Positions 52,076 through 63,951 of a DNA stretch of 64,000 nucleotides are shown here, piece after piece. Source of the DNA: Perna viridis. Its lineage: Eukaryota. The notes below the pieces were generated by a model. That model saw only the letters and a program-made list of their open reading frames with translations. It was not told the origin of the DNA and made no database searches. The position numbers were made by a program, and so were the translations under genes. Numbering within the stretch: position 1 is the first letter of the stretch; the number at the start of each line of letters is the position of its first letter. The DNA lies in contig CM074514.1 in the NCBI GenBank assembly GCA_037379345.1, positions 6,510,001-6,574,000 of the forward strand, read 5' to 3'.

Positions 52076-53016
52076 TTTATAATACATGTACTTCTTATCC
52101 CCTGCTGGGTATCAGTACTGAAATTTGATCGGTTAGCTACACGTCGCTCAAAATCCCATATCCCCGGACATTGCTAAGCCATATCCCCGGGGGTTGCTAG
52201 ACATTTCATTGGATGATGAATTCTGTACACTCCATATATCCCAAGTAATTGAATGTTGTACCTTTTAAACGATGCCATTAATTTGTCCTTTTTTTCAAAT
52301 TTTTTACGCACATGACTTTGCTTCATCGTCATCATCGTCAATGGAATTCCTGACAGGGTTTGACACTATTTTTTAGCTAGGTCACCCAAAGGACTTTCTG
52401 ATCAATAAATTAGGTAGTCCTCAAAATAATCTTGTGGTCCTGTGTTTAGGTATAGTAAGATTTTAAGAATAAATTTAGGTAGCCCAAAGGACTATCCATT
52501 AAAATTTCTAGGTAGTCCTCTCTCAAATTAGGATGGCACAGGACTAATGGACTACTGTTAAGTGTCGAACCCTGCCTGACTTAGTTTAGTTTCGACGTCA
52601 CATCTCTTACCCATGCACTTTTGACATCTGTGATGTAGTGCTCGAGACATTGACCGGCAAAGACAACATTGTCGATTTCAATTGTTATTGCAATAAAAAC
52701 ACCTTATAGTTGAGCACCTGTAGGGTTCTACCAAAGGTAGTACCCTCCATCCGATAGAAAACACTCAAAACTTGCATTTTTCACAAATTTTCAAAAATAC
52801 TTCAAAAACATCACATTTGTGTTAAATGTTGTGTTGAAAATCCCTAGAAAAACTCCAATTTAATTTATTTATCATCTATGTTTATATCCATAGGTATGGA
52901 GATTTTAAACCCTTCAGTACCACCATACACCCTTCGGCTTCAACTCAGGATGTACTAACGTACTTCAGGGATTTAAATCTCCATATCTATAGATACTAAC
53001 GTAGATAACTTATAAT
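52076..53016 (-). mobile_element. Non-autonomous element with terminal hairpin (Crypton-like), reverse orientation
   Basis: Inverted arms across 52874-53006 around a CCTTCGGC loop; TTATAA at both ends; left boundary tentative. Confidence 0.45.
52354..52574. mobile_element. MITE with 14-bp TIR and 5-bp TSD
   Basis: CCTGA|CAGGGTTTGACACT ... AGTGTCGAACCCTG|CCTGA. Confidence 0.8.
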
Positions 53017-53695
53017 ATTGGGTGATACAATTTATAAGATATAAATTGACTTACATTGTACTTGGGGTTGAAAAATGCTGAATTAAAATTATATGAGTTA
53101 TTACAATTTTATCAGAACAATAGATAAATGTTTAATTAGCAGTCTTCGTAAGAATCATGCACATTTTATGATATTTGATACACCCTTAAAAGTCTACATA
53201 ATATTATTTTTGTTATTAAGTTGAATTATAGGTCTGTATGATGAAATGAATAATTATTCATTCCAATTTGTCTGATCTTAGGAGATAATTCAATGAAAAC
53301 TCAATAGTTTCTATTGTATTTCAGTATTATTTACAGAGTTATTACCCTTTATTTTGAATTCTATTGTACATTCTTTGTAATTTATATCTCCTATGAACAA
53401 GGATTATATGAAAAGCCACATGTTAATTTTTGCTTACTATAAAATTTTAAACAAAATATTGAAAATAAAAATATGTTGTCTTTCCAACCATGAATCACAT
53501 TTTACATGATATTTAGCTGGACTACTACTTAATAAATATTGTTAATGCTCTATCTTGGAAATATGCAAAATGGCAAAAGGGCATAGCTTTAGTTTTGACA
53601 TTCATTGTGAGTAGAATATTATGGTTCTGTAACATGCTTTTGTCGCCTGATCATTGAAGAATGTGTTATATCTGAGAGCATTTTAATAACTTCAG

Positions 53696-53876
53696 GGAAG
53701 ACAGTTAGTATCAGTAGAGATGATTTTGGATTTATGGATGACGATGCTTCAGATGACAATATACAGATAATTTTGATGGAATCCCCTTTGTATGGACAGT
53801 TGGTTTATAAACAAGTTAATGTAGTTCTCAAAGATAATATTATCACTCAGGAAGATATCAATAACAATTTCATCAG
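53696..53876 (+). CDS. FRAS1: FRAS1 exon w27, CSPG
   Basis: acttcag|...|gtaaat; KTVSISRDDFGFMDDD...PLYGQL...TQEDINNNFI; phase 1-2. Confidence 0.92.
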
Positions 53877-54491
53877 GTAAATATAGCGGTAAGATAACAA
53901 ATTTAAATTTAAAAAAAAATGTGTGGCAGGACGGCCTACCTGTGCTGTAGTAAGTAGTAAGATTTTAATACCAGTTAATTGACTTAGCTAAAGGATTAAT
54001 TCTTTAGCCGAATCGGTTTGTCATTGGCTTGTCACCGAGCGGTCTAGGGTTTGAACCTTGGTGCCAGAGTATAATTTTGTGAGTCAAACATGCTCTTCCG
54101 TTACACGTGTATTGGTAATAATTTTTTTGACTGAAAATAATGAATCTAAGTCTGTTGAATTATTTGATGAAGTAGGAACCCAGTACAGAATGGCCTAATT
54201 ATGTTTGGCGTGGTAGTGTTTTCACAAACAAAAAAAAACAATTTTAACACTGCCAGTACTAAAAATAACACTATAATAACAGAAATGTTCAAATATACAA
54301 CTTAATTTGCAAATATAGGCCTCACATGCTAGCTGGGATTTATTAGGGAGAAAAGCTTCAAGTTCAGTACTGGAAAATGAGTAAACCCTCAAACCTTTGA
54401 CAGTTACTAGAACCTACAGTGATTTCAGGCCTAGTGGTTAATGTGAATGTTAATGTATAAGTTATTGATAAATGTTTCTGTTTTGTTTCAG

Positions 54492-54654
54492 TTACATGTC
54501 AGATAAAGAGATAGGCAGTGAACCAATCACAGAAGTTCTTACATTTAATGTTAGTGACAGCAACAAAAATATTCTACCCAATCAGATTCTCTCTATTGTC
54601 ATAGAACCAGTAGATAACAAGGCACCAGTTGTTAATGTTGGAACTGGTATACAG
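54492..54654 (+). CDS. FRAS1: FRAS1 exon w28, CSPG
   Basis: gtttcag|...|gtattt; YMSDKEIG...FNVSD...IEPVDNKAP...GIQ; phase 2-0. Confidence 0.93.
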
Positions 54655-54986
54655 GTATTTTTTTTAATCTTTTGATAATTTCCAGTATTTTTGTACCTTT
54701 AAGATGATTTTGTCAGCTGGGGTTATTCTGACTGATCATTCAACTTTAATACAAATTTTGGTAAAATTAGGGAATGTCACCTGCATGATAAAAATAAATG
54801 GCTATTGGTTGCTTAGTAGTAGTCATTTATTTTTGACTACAAGGTTAAGGTCATTTTTTGAAAAATGTATATGTTTTTTTATGTTGGATAAAAGCTCTAC
54901 AGAGCTTATGTTGTATTGTTATATGTAAAACTGACTTTGAATAAATCTTTTTTATTTTATTTTTTTTATTTTGTTATACAATTAAG

Positions 54987-55119
54987 ATTGAAGAGGGTAA
55001 AGAGAAACTTCTGGCATCAGATAATATCCGTGCAACAGACTTAGATACAACAATATCTAACTTGATGGTAGAAATACAGACACCTCCAAAGTTTGGGATG
55101 ATTCTGTCATACAAATCAG
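54987..55119 (+). CDS. FRAS1: FRAS1 exon w29, CSPG
   Basis: attaag| (AAG acceptor)...|gtatta; IEEGKEKLLASDNIRATDLDT...PPKFGMILSYKS; phase 0-1. Confidence 0.85.
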
Positions 55120-55701
55120 GTATTATAAAACTCAGACAGGGATTCATAGGTGATGGAAATTATCTGGGATTTTTTTCCCATGAAATCTTGGTTTTGCACA
55201 AGTCTACTCTCAAAATATTTCTTGCCTTGCTTTTCTTGGTCTTGTTGGACACAAAATAAGTTTTATTTTAACTATGCCTTTTCCAGTTAATTGCATGACA
55301 AAGAAATCAATGCAAATTAAGATTCACCATTATTGGAATAGGACTAATACCAAAGCTTATAGGATATTGGTAAAGCATACCTATGTTGCATAATGATAGT
55401 AGTGTTAGAGTAAGTGACAGATTTTAATGTTTAACTTTTTGGTTTATAGGTGAACAGATTTAGAAATATTGAACATTCTTACAAAACATTATTTTAATCT
55501 TTATGTTTGTTTTTATAGTGATTATTGTAACTAGTAATCAACTATAAGTGGTTTGAATTTGGAACATTGAATCTGAACCATCAAAAGGACAGATTTTTCT
55601 TGCAACTTAGAATGCATGCATCTATTTATTTACAAAAAGTTAAATGTAACATTATTTGTATTTGTTATTTGTGTTACTTTGATCATAATTTATTTTACTA
55701 G

Positions 55702-55892
55702 GCAACCCTGGATCAGAGAAGTCTGTTGGAGTACCTACATCACAGTTCTTCCTGCAAGATCTACTGGATGGTTTTATATACTACAGTCAGTCAGACCATC
55801 AGAACAAGGAACCAGTCATAGACAACTTCCTGTTTCATGTTACTGATGGAACGAATGTATCACCATTACACAGATTTGATGTCAGTATTGTG
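55702..55892 (+). CDS. FRAS1: FRAS1 exon w30, CSPG
   Basis: ttactag|...|gtaagt; NPGSEK...QDLLDGFIYYSQSDHQNKEPVIDNFLFHVTDG...VSIV; phase 1-0. Confidence 0.93.
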
Positions 55893-56214
55893 GTAAGTTG
55901 AGAGCCAGGGCTTTAACTTTTGAACAAGTTCCAATAATGCACTAAGGCAGTTTCAAAAGTGGTTATTTGCTCCATGACAAAGTTGAGATTGTGTCATTCT
56001 GTATCTCTGTAATTGGCCTGTCAGTTATTCTTAAACATATTCTTCATGACCAAGAATTAACAATATTTAATTTAGTTAACCAAACTTGCACCTTAATGAT
56101 TTCATGACATAAGTCAAATGTCACATGGCTGGAGATGCTTATGTAAGAACTGAATGTGGGTTTTGTTCAATTATTGCCATTATGCACATATATGTTCTTC
56201 TGAATTGATTTTAG

Positions 56215-56368
56215 TTGTTGAATGACGAAGAGCCAATATTAGTGACTGAACAGCTGTTTGTCAAGGAACATAGAACTGTTGTAGTGACCAACTCCTCTCT
56301 ATATGTCATGGATCTGGATACAAGGCCAGAATATCTGGTTTTAAAAGTAGAAGGTGCTCCACAGCATG
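56215..56368 (+). CDS. FRAS1: FRAS1 exon w31, CSPG
   Basis: attttag|...|gtcagt; LLNDEEP...TNSSLYVMDLDT...APQH; phase 0-1. Confidence 0.92.
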
Positions 56369-56428
56369 GTCAGTACACTTTAAAGATAAGCTTCAATAGC
56401 AAGTAATATCATAATGAAAATATTACAG

Positions 56429-56873
56429 GGAGATTTATCACAGGAAGCTTTGACCCCTGTTACAGTACTTGATGTTAGAGAGATATATCACAGGAAGCTT
56501 TGACCCCTGTTACAGTACTTGATGTCAGAGAGATATATCACAGGAAGCTTTGACCCCTGTTACAGTACTTGATGTCAGAGAGATATATCACAGAAAGCTT
56601 TGACCCCTGTTACAGTACTTGATGTTAGAGAGATATATCACAGGAAGCTTTGACCCCTGTTACAGTACTTGATGTCAGAGAGATATATCACAGGAAGCTT
56701 TGACCCCTGTTACAGTACTTGATGTCAGAGAGATATATCACAGGAAGCTTTGACGTTACAGTACTTGATGTCAGAGAGATATATCACAAGAAGCTTTGAC
56801 CCCTGTTACAGTACTTGATGTCAGAGAGATATATCACAGGAAGCTTTGACCCCTGTTACAGTACATGATGTCA
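56429..56873. repeat. Minisatellite, 50 bp x ~9
   Basis: AGAGATATATCACAGGAAGCTTTGACCCCTGTTACAGTACTTGATGTCAG. Confidence 0.96.
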
Positions 56874-57171
56874 ATTTTCACTTATTCTACAAAAAAAAAC
56901 CAAAAAACAATTACTCATTTTTGCTACTAGCTTGTTTGTCTTCCTGCTGTGAGTAACATTTGCACTAAACAGCAAAATCGCAGCAGTGCAATTAAAACAT
57001 GAACACAATTTTAATATTTTGAGCCACAACAACAAATATATAGAAAGAGAACTGTTACTGAACAAATTTCTTGCCTTAAGTTCACAGAGAAACATTATGG
57101 TCTGACAAATTTAATATTCTTTTCTTCAGTTTCTCTGTACTCTCCTCACTCCTCTCTTTCTCTTATTTAAG

Positions 57172-57254
57172 GAGTTATTGGTAGGAGAGATTTTGTCAGT
57201 GACCCACTTAGCAGGATCAGACCAATACAACAGGGAGGAAGCTTTACATACCAG
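57172..57254 (+). CDS. FRAS1: FRAS1 exon w32, CSPG
   Basis: long pyrimidine tract, tttaag| (AAG acceptor)...|gtaggg; VIGRRDFVSDPLSRIRPIQQGGSFTYQ; phase 1-0. Confidence 0.88.
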
Positions 57255-57967
57255 GTAGGGTCGCTAGGATATACATTCATAGGACAAAAATCTCTGCTTC
57301 GTTTTCATTGAAAGAGTGTCAATCTAATTAAATTGTGAAGTAACAATGTTCTGTACTGTAGTTATCTCATTTCTTATGACAAATAATACATTTGATTGTG
57401 ACATGGCATATACCAGTATTTCTAAATTTTTATGCAAAGGTTTTGTGGCAGAGACATGCAGTTTTCAATTAATCCATTTTTTAAGATGGTTTTTTTTTCT
57501 AGATTTAGATGTTACTCTTATTTTCAGTACGTGATTTTATCTTGATGGGTTGATTAAAGTTCAATGTTTACTGTTCCCACTTCACTGTGAGGAAAATACA
57601 GGCCTTGTACTTGAAAAATTCCATTGATATAATGCATTTCCAGGGGTTTTTTATATCTTTATCTGTGGTATTCAATACATTTTGATTGATTTTAAATTAT
57701 ATTATTGTACAATATTTGTCATTATGGTAGGTTTTAAGCTCCATATATTTTATCCAGCCTTTCATTTCTAATGCCTGAAATGATCACATTTTGTTAATTC
57801 AACATCTGATCAATCTTTTTCACCTCCTTGAATGTGAAACTTTCTCAACATTTCTTCTTAGTCACAGTAAGGTCCAGAATTATGTAAATTAAGGTTACAT
57901 ATTTACTTTTGATTGTAAATGGTAAAAAAAGTTTTAAATAATTAGTTGTAAAAAAGTATGGAAAAAA

Positions 57968-58634
57968 ACATGTACTCAGTTTGATAATTACCTTTTCTAG
58001 ATACATGTACTCAATTTGATGATTACACTTGCTAGAAACATGTACTCAGTTTGATGATTACAATTGCTAGATACATATACTCAGTTTGAATGATTATACT
58101 TTCAAGATACATGTACTCAGTTTGATGATTACACTTGCTAGATACATGTACTCAGTTTGATGATAACACTTGCTAGATACATGTACTCAGTTTGATGATT
58201 ACCTTTTATAGATACATGTTCTCAGTTTGATGATTACACTTGCTAGATACATGTACTCAGTTTGATGATTACAATTGCTAGATACATGTACTCAGTTTAA
58301 ATGATTACACTTTCCAGATACATGTACTCAGTTTGATGATAACACTTGCTAGATACTGATGATTACACTTGCTGGATACATGTACTCTGATGATTACCTT
58401 TTCTAGATGCATGTACTCAGTTTGATGATTGCACTTTCTAGATACATGTATTCAGTTTGATGATTACACTTGCTAGATACACGCACTCAGTTTGATGATT
58501 ACACTTGCTAGATACATGTGCTCAGTTTGATGATAACACTTGCTAGATACATGCACTCAGTTTGATGATTACACTTGCTAGATACATGTATTCAGTTTGA
58601 TGATTACACTTTCTAGATACATGCACTCTGTTTG
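57968..58634. repeat. Minisatellite, 35 bp x ~19
   Basis: GATACATGTACTCAGTTTGATGATTACACTTGCTA. Confidence 0.95.
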
Positions 58635-58729
58635 CATAATGCACTCTTAATTTTGAATGTTGAATGTTTCTGGAGGTAAGTAAAACTATGAAAAAATAGT
58701 TGTAGACTAAATGTAATACATAATTCTAG

Positions 58730-58910
58730 GAAATACTGGATGATTTGATAGTATATCAACACAATGGGAAGACAACCCTGGGTGATAGGGTGACTGTTAG
58801 TGTAAATGATGGAGACTTTACAGACACCAGTGCTCTTGATATCATTATAGGACTTGTAGATGATGAAACACCAAGAATGGCTATAAATAGAGGCTTGAGG
58901 CTCAAGTCAG
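58730..58910 (+). CDS. FRAS1: FRAS1 exon w33, CSPG
   Basis: attctag|...|gtatgg; EILDDLIVYQHNG...DETPRMAINRGLRLKS; phase 0-1. Confidence 0.93.
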
Positions 58911-59023
58911 GTATGGTTATTTTGAATTCATGATGTTTTAGGTGTCTCAAATTTATTTTACTACAAGTTATTTGAATACTATATGGAAAAGTTTTCCAAT
59001 AAACAAAATAACTACACTCTGCA

Positions 59024-59194
59024 TTTTTAGGTATTTATAAATGTGCTTGCTACTGTTTTTAGGTATTTATAAATGTGCTTGCTACCCTTTTTAGGTATTT
59101 ATAAATGTGCTTGCTACTGTTTTTAGGTATTTATAAATGTGCTTGCTACCCTTTTTAGGTATTTATAGATGTGCTTGCTACTCTTTTTAGGTAT
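59024..59194. repeat. Minisatellite, 32 bp x ~5
   Basis: TTTTTAGGTATTTATAAATGTGCTTGCTAC(TG/CC), with alternating variants. Confidence 0.95.
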
Positions 59195-59457
59195 CAGTGG
59201 AGGAAGGTCTTGTATAATTTAGATAAAAAATTGTTTAGGGATTTATCTGTTTGAATCATTTTCAGACAAATCAGACTGTCACACAATGAATAAAAATAAA
59301 AAAAACCTGTCTCACACTTTTAATTTTGAACCTTATATTCATGAATTTACTTTCAGCTGAAAAATGCTACATTAATGGTATCCTTTGAGATAAAAATAAC
59401 TTTAGGTGTATTTCTTTCCCTTTTGATATGTGTTTTACTTTTGTTTAAATCTTCCAG

Positions 59458-59766
59458 GATCAAGGCTTTCTATCAAATCTCTTGAGCTCAAAGCTACAGA
59501 CATAGATTCTGATGATTCCAAGCTTAAGTTCACACTGACCAGGGATCCAACAGGTGGACATTTATTGTTACATAGGGATGGTAGAATGATCACCTTGGCA
59601 ACCAGAGGGCCAGTTAACAGTTTTACCCAGTTTGACATTGACCAAGGTCATTTGGAGTTTGAACATCCTATAGGGGAGATAACTGGTGTATTGACATTTA
59701 AATTTGATGTTGCTGATCCTGAAGAGAATAAACTCATTGATCAGATTTTCTACATTACTGTTGAAG
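59458..59766 (+). CDS. FRAS1: FRAS1 exon w34, CSPG
   Basis: cttccag|...|gtgaga; LKATDIDSDD...GPVNSFTQFDIDQGH...FKFDVAD...ITVE; phase 1-1. Confidence 0.95.
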
Positions 59767-60035
59767 GTGAGAGAATGCATATATTTCATTTTTCATATTG
59801 AGGTAAGCATATTTTGTAAGATCTTTGTCACCAATGGAAGGTGTCAAATTCTCTGTAAACAGTATGAAAATTTGTAGTTGTTAAGGAACAAAACGTGTGC
59901 ATTACAGTAAAACAGCACATTAACCTGAAAATTTCAAATAATATTTAAGGCACCAAAATCTTATCGAGCAAACTTAGCAATATTATCAAGATGTGAAATA
60001 ATTTTTTTTATGTTGAAAGATTCTTTAAATTGTAG

Positions 60036-60215
60036 ATGACAGAATGCCTCCAAAAGTAATCAACAATAACATTCTGATAATACAAGAAGGTTCTCTGATA
60101 AAGATAACTACAGACAAGTTGTCCTTCACTGATGATGATTCTGAGCCTGGTTCTCTTCGTTACTCTCTAATATCAGCCCCTTCACTAGGACATCTTGAGC
60201 TGACAAGCAACCAAG
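60036..60215 (+). CDS. FRAS1: FRAS1 exon w35, CSPG
   Basis: attgtag|...|gtaagt; DRMPPKVINN...KITTDKLSFTDDDS...LGHLELTSNQ; phase 1-1. Confidence 0.94.
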
Positions 60216-60569
60216 GTAAGTTGTAATGAACGGTTCATAATACCCCAGCTAAACAAGTCATGAGTACATATTAATTATCTGTTCAGCTGTGCCCATCACA
60301 TTTATCTCTATGTATTATTTGAAGAACCATTGGACCAAATCTTTTTTTAACTTTTAACATCTATAAAAATCTTTTTGACTATACACTGTGTGTTATTACA
60401 GGTAACTTGCATCTTATTATTTAATTTGATGTCACTGAAGGATTGTAAATTCAAACGGCATTTAAAAAATCTGACAATTGATTAAGACAGTATAAAAAAG
60501 TGGTAAAATCTACATAATAAATCATGATAATAATGAAAATGATACTATGTTAGTGAAAAATCATGATAT

Positions 60570-60803
60570 AACATGTGCTGAGAAGTCTAGAATATCTTAC
60601 TTGTGGGACCATGTGCTGAGAAGTCTAGAATATCTTACTTGTGGGACCAACATGTGCTGAGAAGTCTTGAATATCTTACTTGTGGGACCATGTGCTGAGA
60701 AGTCTAGAATATCTTACTTGTGGGACCAACATGTGCTGAGAAGTCTAGAATATCTTACTTGTGGGACCATGTGCTGAGAAGTCTTGAATATCTTACTTGT
60801 GGA
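60570..60803. repeat. Minisatellite, alternating 38/41 bp x 6
   Basis: CATGTGCTGAGAAGTCTAGAATATCTTACTTGTGGGAC(CAA). Confidence 0.95.
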
Positions 60804-60820
60804 TACAATACATGTTCTTC

Positions 60821-60992
60821 TAGTTCTATGACATAAAACCACACATTTTACATTTATCTTTCATGTTTTCATCAGATATTTTCATTTTTTGTTAATAGTC
60901 AATATGCATTTTGACTATAAACAAAAAATGAAAATATCCAATGAAAACATGAAAGATAAACGTAAAATGTGTGGTTTTATATTATAGAACTA
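60821..60992. repeat. 172-bp spacer-less palindrome (possible MITE)
   Basis: 86-bp arms centred on ATG|CAT (60906/60907); 7 mismatches; TA at both ends. Confidence 0.93.
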
Positions 60993-61141
60993 ATGTTCTG
61001 CCACACTTTTAAAAATATTTTTGTTATTCACATTGTCCTATTTGAATATCTTGTTAATTTCAAACAGCTAATTTCACCAACAATTACAATGTTTTCTTCA
61101 CAAGCTTTGAATATATGGTACAATATCTTGTCATTGTTTAG

Positions 61142-61266
61142 GAGTACCTATATCAGAGTTTACTCAGTCAGATTTAGCTGCTAACAGTGTGTGTTATGTA
61201 CATACCAGCCAAGAAGAGATATATATGGACAGTTTCACATTCACTGTTACTGATGGTAAAAATGAG
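61142..61266 (+). CDS. FRAS1: FRAS1 exon w36, CSPG
   Basis: tgtttag|...|gtgaga; VPISEFTQSDLAANSVCYVHTSQEEIYMDSFTFTVTDGKNE; phase 1-0. Confidence 0.94.
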
Positions 61267-61587
61267 GTGAGATTATCTTCCTTTGATATTTTTTTAACTA
61301 AATATCTTGAAAATTTTACCACCAGCCTTTAAAGAAACAGTGTCTTACACAATGACACTTGGATTGTTTGAGTCCTCCTATCTCAGTAGTTTAATGCTGG
61401 GATCTCTTTTCAAGATCTAAGGTTGAACTACCCTGTTATTTAAGTGCCCAAGGAAAAAATCAAATAGTACTTCTGATGGCTTCTCACTGTTGACATGGGA
61501 CCTTTTCCAAATGTTGACCTGACATATTTATTGACAAAATTTTATAACAAGGTTCTTCATCAAAAGCAAATTTAGGATTAAGATGTT

Positions 61588-61877
61588 AAAGATACCGAAT
61601 AACTAATCAAAGATACCAAATAACCCATCAGAGATACCAAATAACCCATCAGAGATACCAAATAACTCATCAAAGATACCAAATAACCCATCAGAGATAC
61701 CAAATAACTCATCAAAGATACCAAAACACCATCAGAGATACCAAATAACTCATCAAAGATACCAAATAACCCATCAGAGATACCAAATAACTCATTAGGA
61801 TACCAAATAACTCATCAAGATACCAAATAACCCATCAAAGATACCAAATAAGTCATCAAAGATACCAAATAACTCAT
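61588..61877. repeat. Minisatellite, 21 bp x ~14
   Basis: ARAGATACCAAATAACYCATC. Confidence 0.93.
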
Positions 61878-61954
61878 AACTAAATAGTCTCTTATTATTT
61901 GCCAATTCTAAATCATCATTGAACAATGCTGCGGCTTGAGCTTGTTTATCTTTA

Positions 61955-62856
61955 CAGTAATGTTTGCTTATAACGTACAGGCTTATAACGAATTCAGGTT
62001 TATAACGAATAAGAACATATTTCCCAGTGCCAGTGTTTTAAAACTAATGCATTTTGTTATTGATATAACGAATTCGTTATAGCAAATTCAGGGATATAAC
62101 GAAGTATTTCTTAGGGCCCGGTGAAGTTTGCCTGGATAAAACAAAGGGTCAATTTAACTGTTATGTAAACATAGAACACCAGTTGTCTGCTACTCACGGT
62201 AATTGATCAATCAACAATTTCACAGTTGATGAACACACAGTTAGAAGATCAGCTAATCTTACCTGTATTTTTGTTTTATTACTCATTAAAATATCAATTA
62301 AATAATGACACCCAAGCCATTGAAAATTTAGCCCAAGAGGATCCCAGATTGTAAACTTTTATCACTTTTGATTTAATGATTACATTTGTTGGTAGTTCCA
62401 TCAAAACGGTAGTTTTTCACGCTTCAAGCGGTCGAACATGAATAAGATTCTTCACAAAATTGAAATTCCAATATGAGTAGAAAGGAAACTGTGCTTGATA
62501 GTATGTAACAATTTAACCACGTGATGCTTATCTTTGTTCAGGGTCTCACACGGGCACCCTACTAGATGGGCAAATTAGTACATGAATAAAAAAGAAAGTA
62601 CAGCTACAACAGTAACAAAAACAATGGTTTTTATTTTTATTCATCATTTATAATAAATACACATTACAAACAATTATTTAATTTACTGTTAGAAAAAACG
62701 CATAAAATATTGCTACGTCTTAAGCAATAATACCAATTTAAAAAAACAAAAGGGGAGATAATCCTAGTTTTGAAAAAAAGTTTCTGATATAACGAACGAT
62801 GCATATAACGAAGTAACTAAGACAGTCCCCTGAGATTCATTGTAAACAAACTACTG
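61955..62856. mobile_element. pogo/Tigger-like non-autonomous element
   Basis: TA|CAGTAATGTTTG ... CAAACTACTG|TA; multiple subterminal TATAACGAA motifs at both ends. Confidence 0.75.
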
Positions 62857-62876
62857 TATTTATTTTACATATTTAG

Positions 62877-63017
62877 GTTAGCCAGAAATTTCACATTACA
62901 ATAACTCCAGTTGATGATGAGATCCCTGTAGTGACTAACAATGGACTGAGAGTACAGGAAGGAGTCAGGAAAACAATCACAGAATTTGATCTGAAGGCAG
63001 TAGACCAAGATACACCA
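62877..63017 (+). CDS. FRAS1: FRAS1 exon w37, CSPG
   Basis: atttag|...|gtaaga; VSQKFHITITPVDDEIPVVTNNGLRVQEGVRKTITEFDLKAVDQDTP; phase 0-0. Confidence 0.95.
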
Positions 63018-63435
63018 GTAAGAATACACATTTTTTAACTGTCACAGAGTAGTTCTTGCCATTTGATTATTTCAAAACATGCAATGAAACTCTTGAAAAT
63101 TGTATACACACTTTAAACTAATGTATAAAGTATTTCACTGTCATTTTGATTTTTAAAAAAATTGCATCGCACTGTGAATGAGAAAATATGACAAGAAGAG
63201 TTCTGACCCATAGTTTTTATTTTTTGCTGAGTGGTTTTGGAATATAGGTGCTGAACCATTGTGTGATTATGAATTTGAACATTTGAATTGTGTACTATTA
63301 ATTGTCTTCTAGAAGTATAGCCCCTGGTCCCATCACCACAAAACTTCAGTTTGAATGTTTTTTTTAACTGTTTGTGATGCCATCCATTTCAGAGACTTTG
63401 ATTGGTAAAGAATACTCTCTGACTTCTGTTTTTTA

Positions 63436-63844
63436 TTTTTAGCTCACCTGGCTGAAGGTCATTTCAGCTACTGCCATTACTTGGCTTCCGTTGTTTATTG
63501 TGGTCTGTTAACAATTTTTCAAAAATCTACTGAGTGGAATAATATGAAACTTTGCACGAAAGTTGTGTTCAGATTTTTGATCTGTCCAAAAACATGGTGG
63601 CTGTTACTATAAATAGAACATATGGGTCAGACAATATTTTTTCTCATATATCTCCAAAACCGTTAGGTTTAGCCTATTCCGACTCGGGTAAGAGTGTTCA
63701 GCATGATTAGATCTATCTGTGGTGAAATTTACATTTCAATCTTTTAAGCCATGTTGGAGTTATTGGTCCTTGTTAAAATTATTTGCCTTGAAAGGCAAAA
63801 TTTAACCAGGTGTGCAATTCTGGCTCCTGGGAGCCTCTTTTTTT
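63436..63844 (+). mobile_element. Internally deleted family A element
   Basis: TTTTTAGCTCACCTGG ... AACCAGGTGTGC..GGCTCCTGGGAGCCTCTTT. Confidence 0.8.
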
Positions 63845-63951
63845 AAGTTTTATGGCACGACAGGACAATATGTGTACAGTCGTTTTAAAGTTTTCATGTA
63901 TTTGATTGATTCCAACACTTGAATTTATTGTATTTCTCCTGTTTGTTGTAG

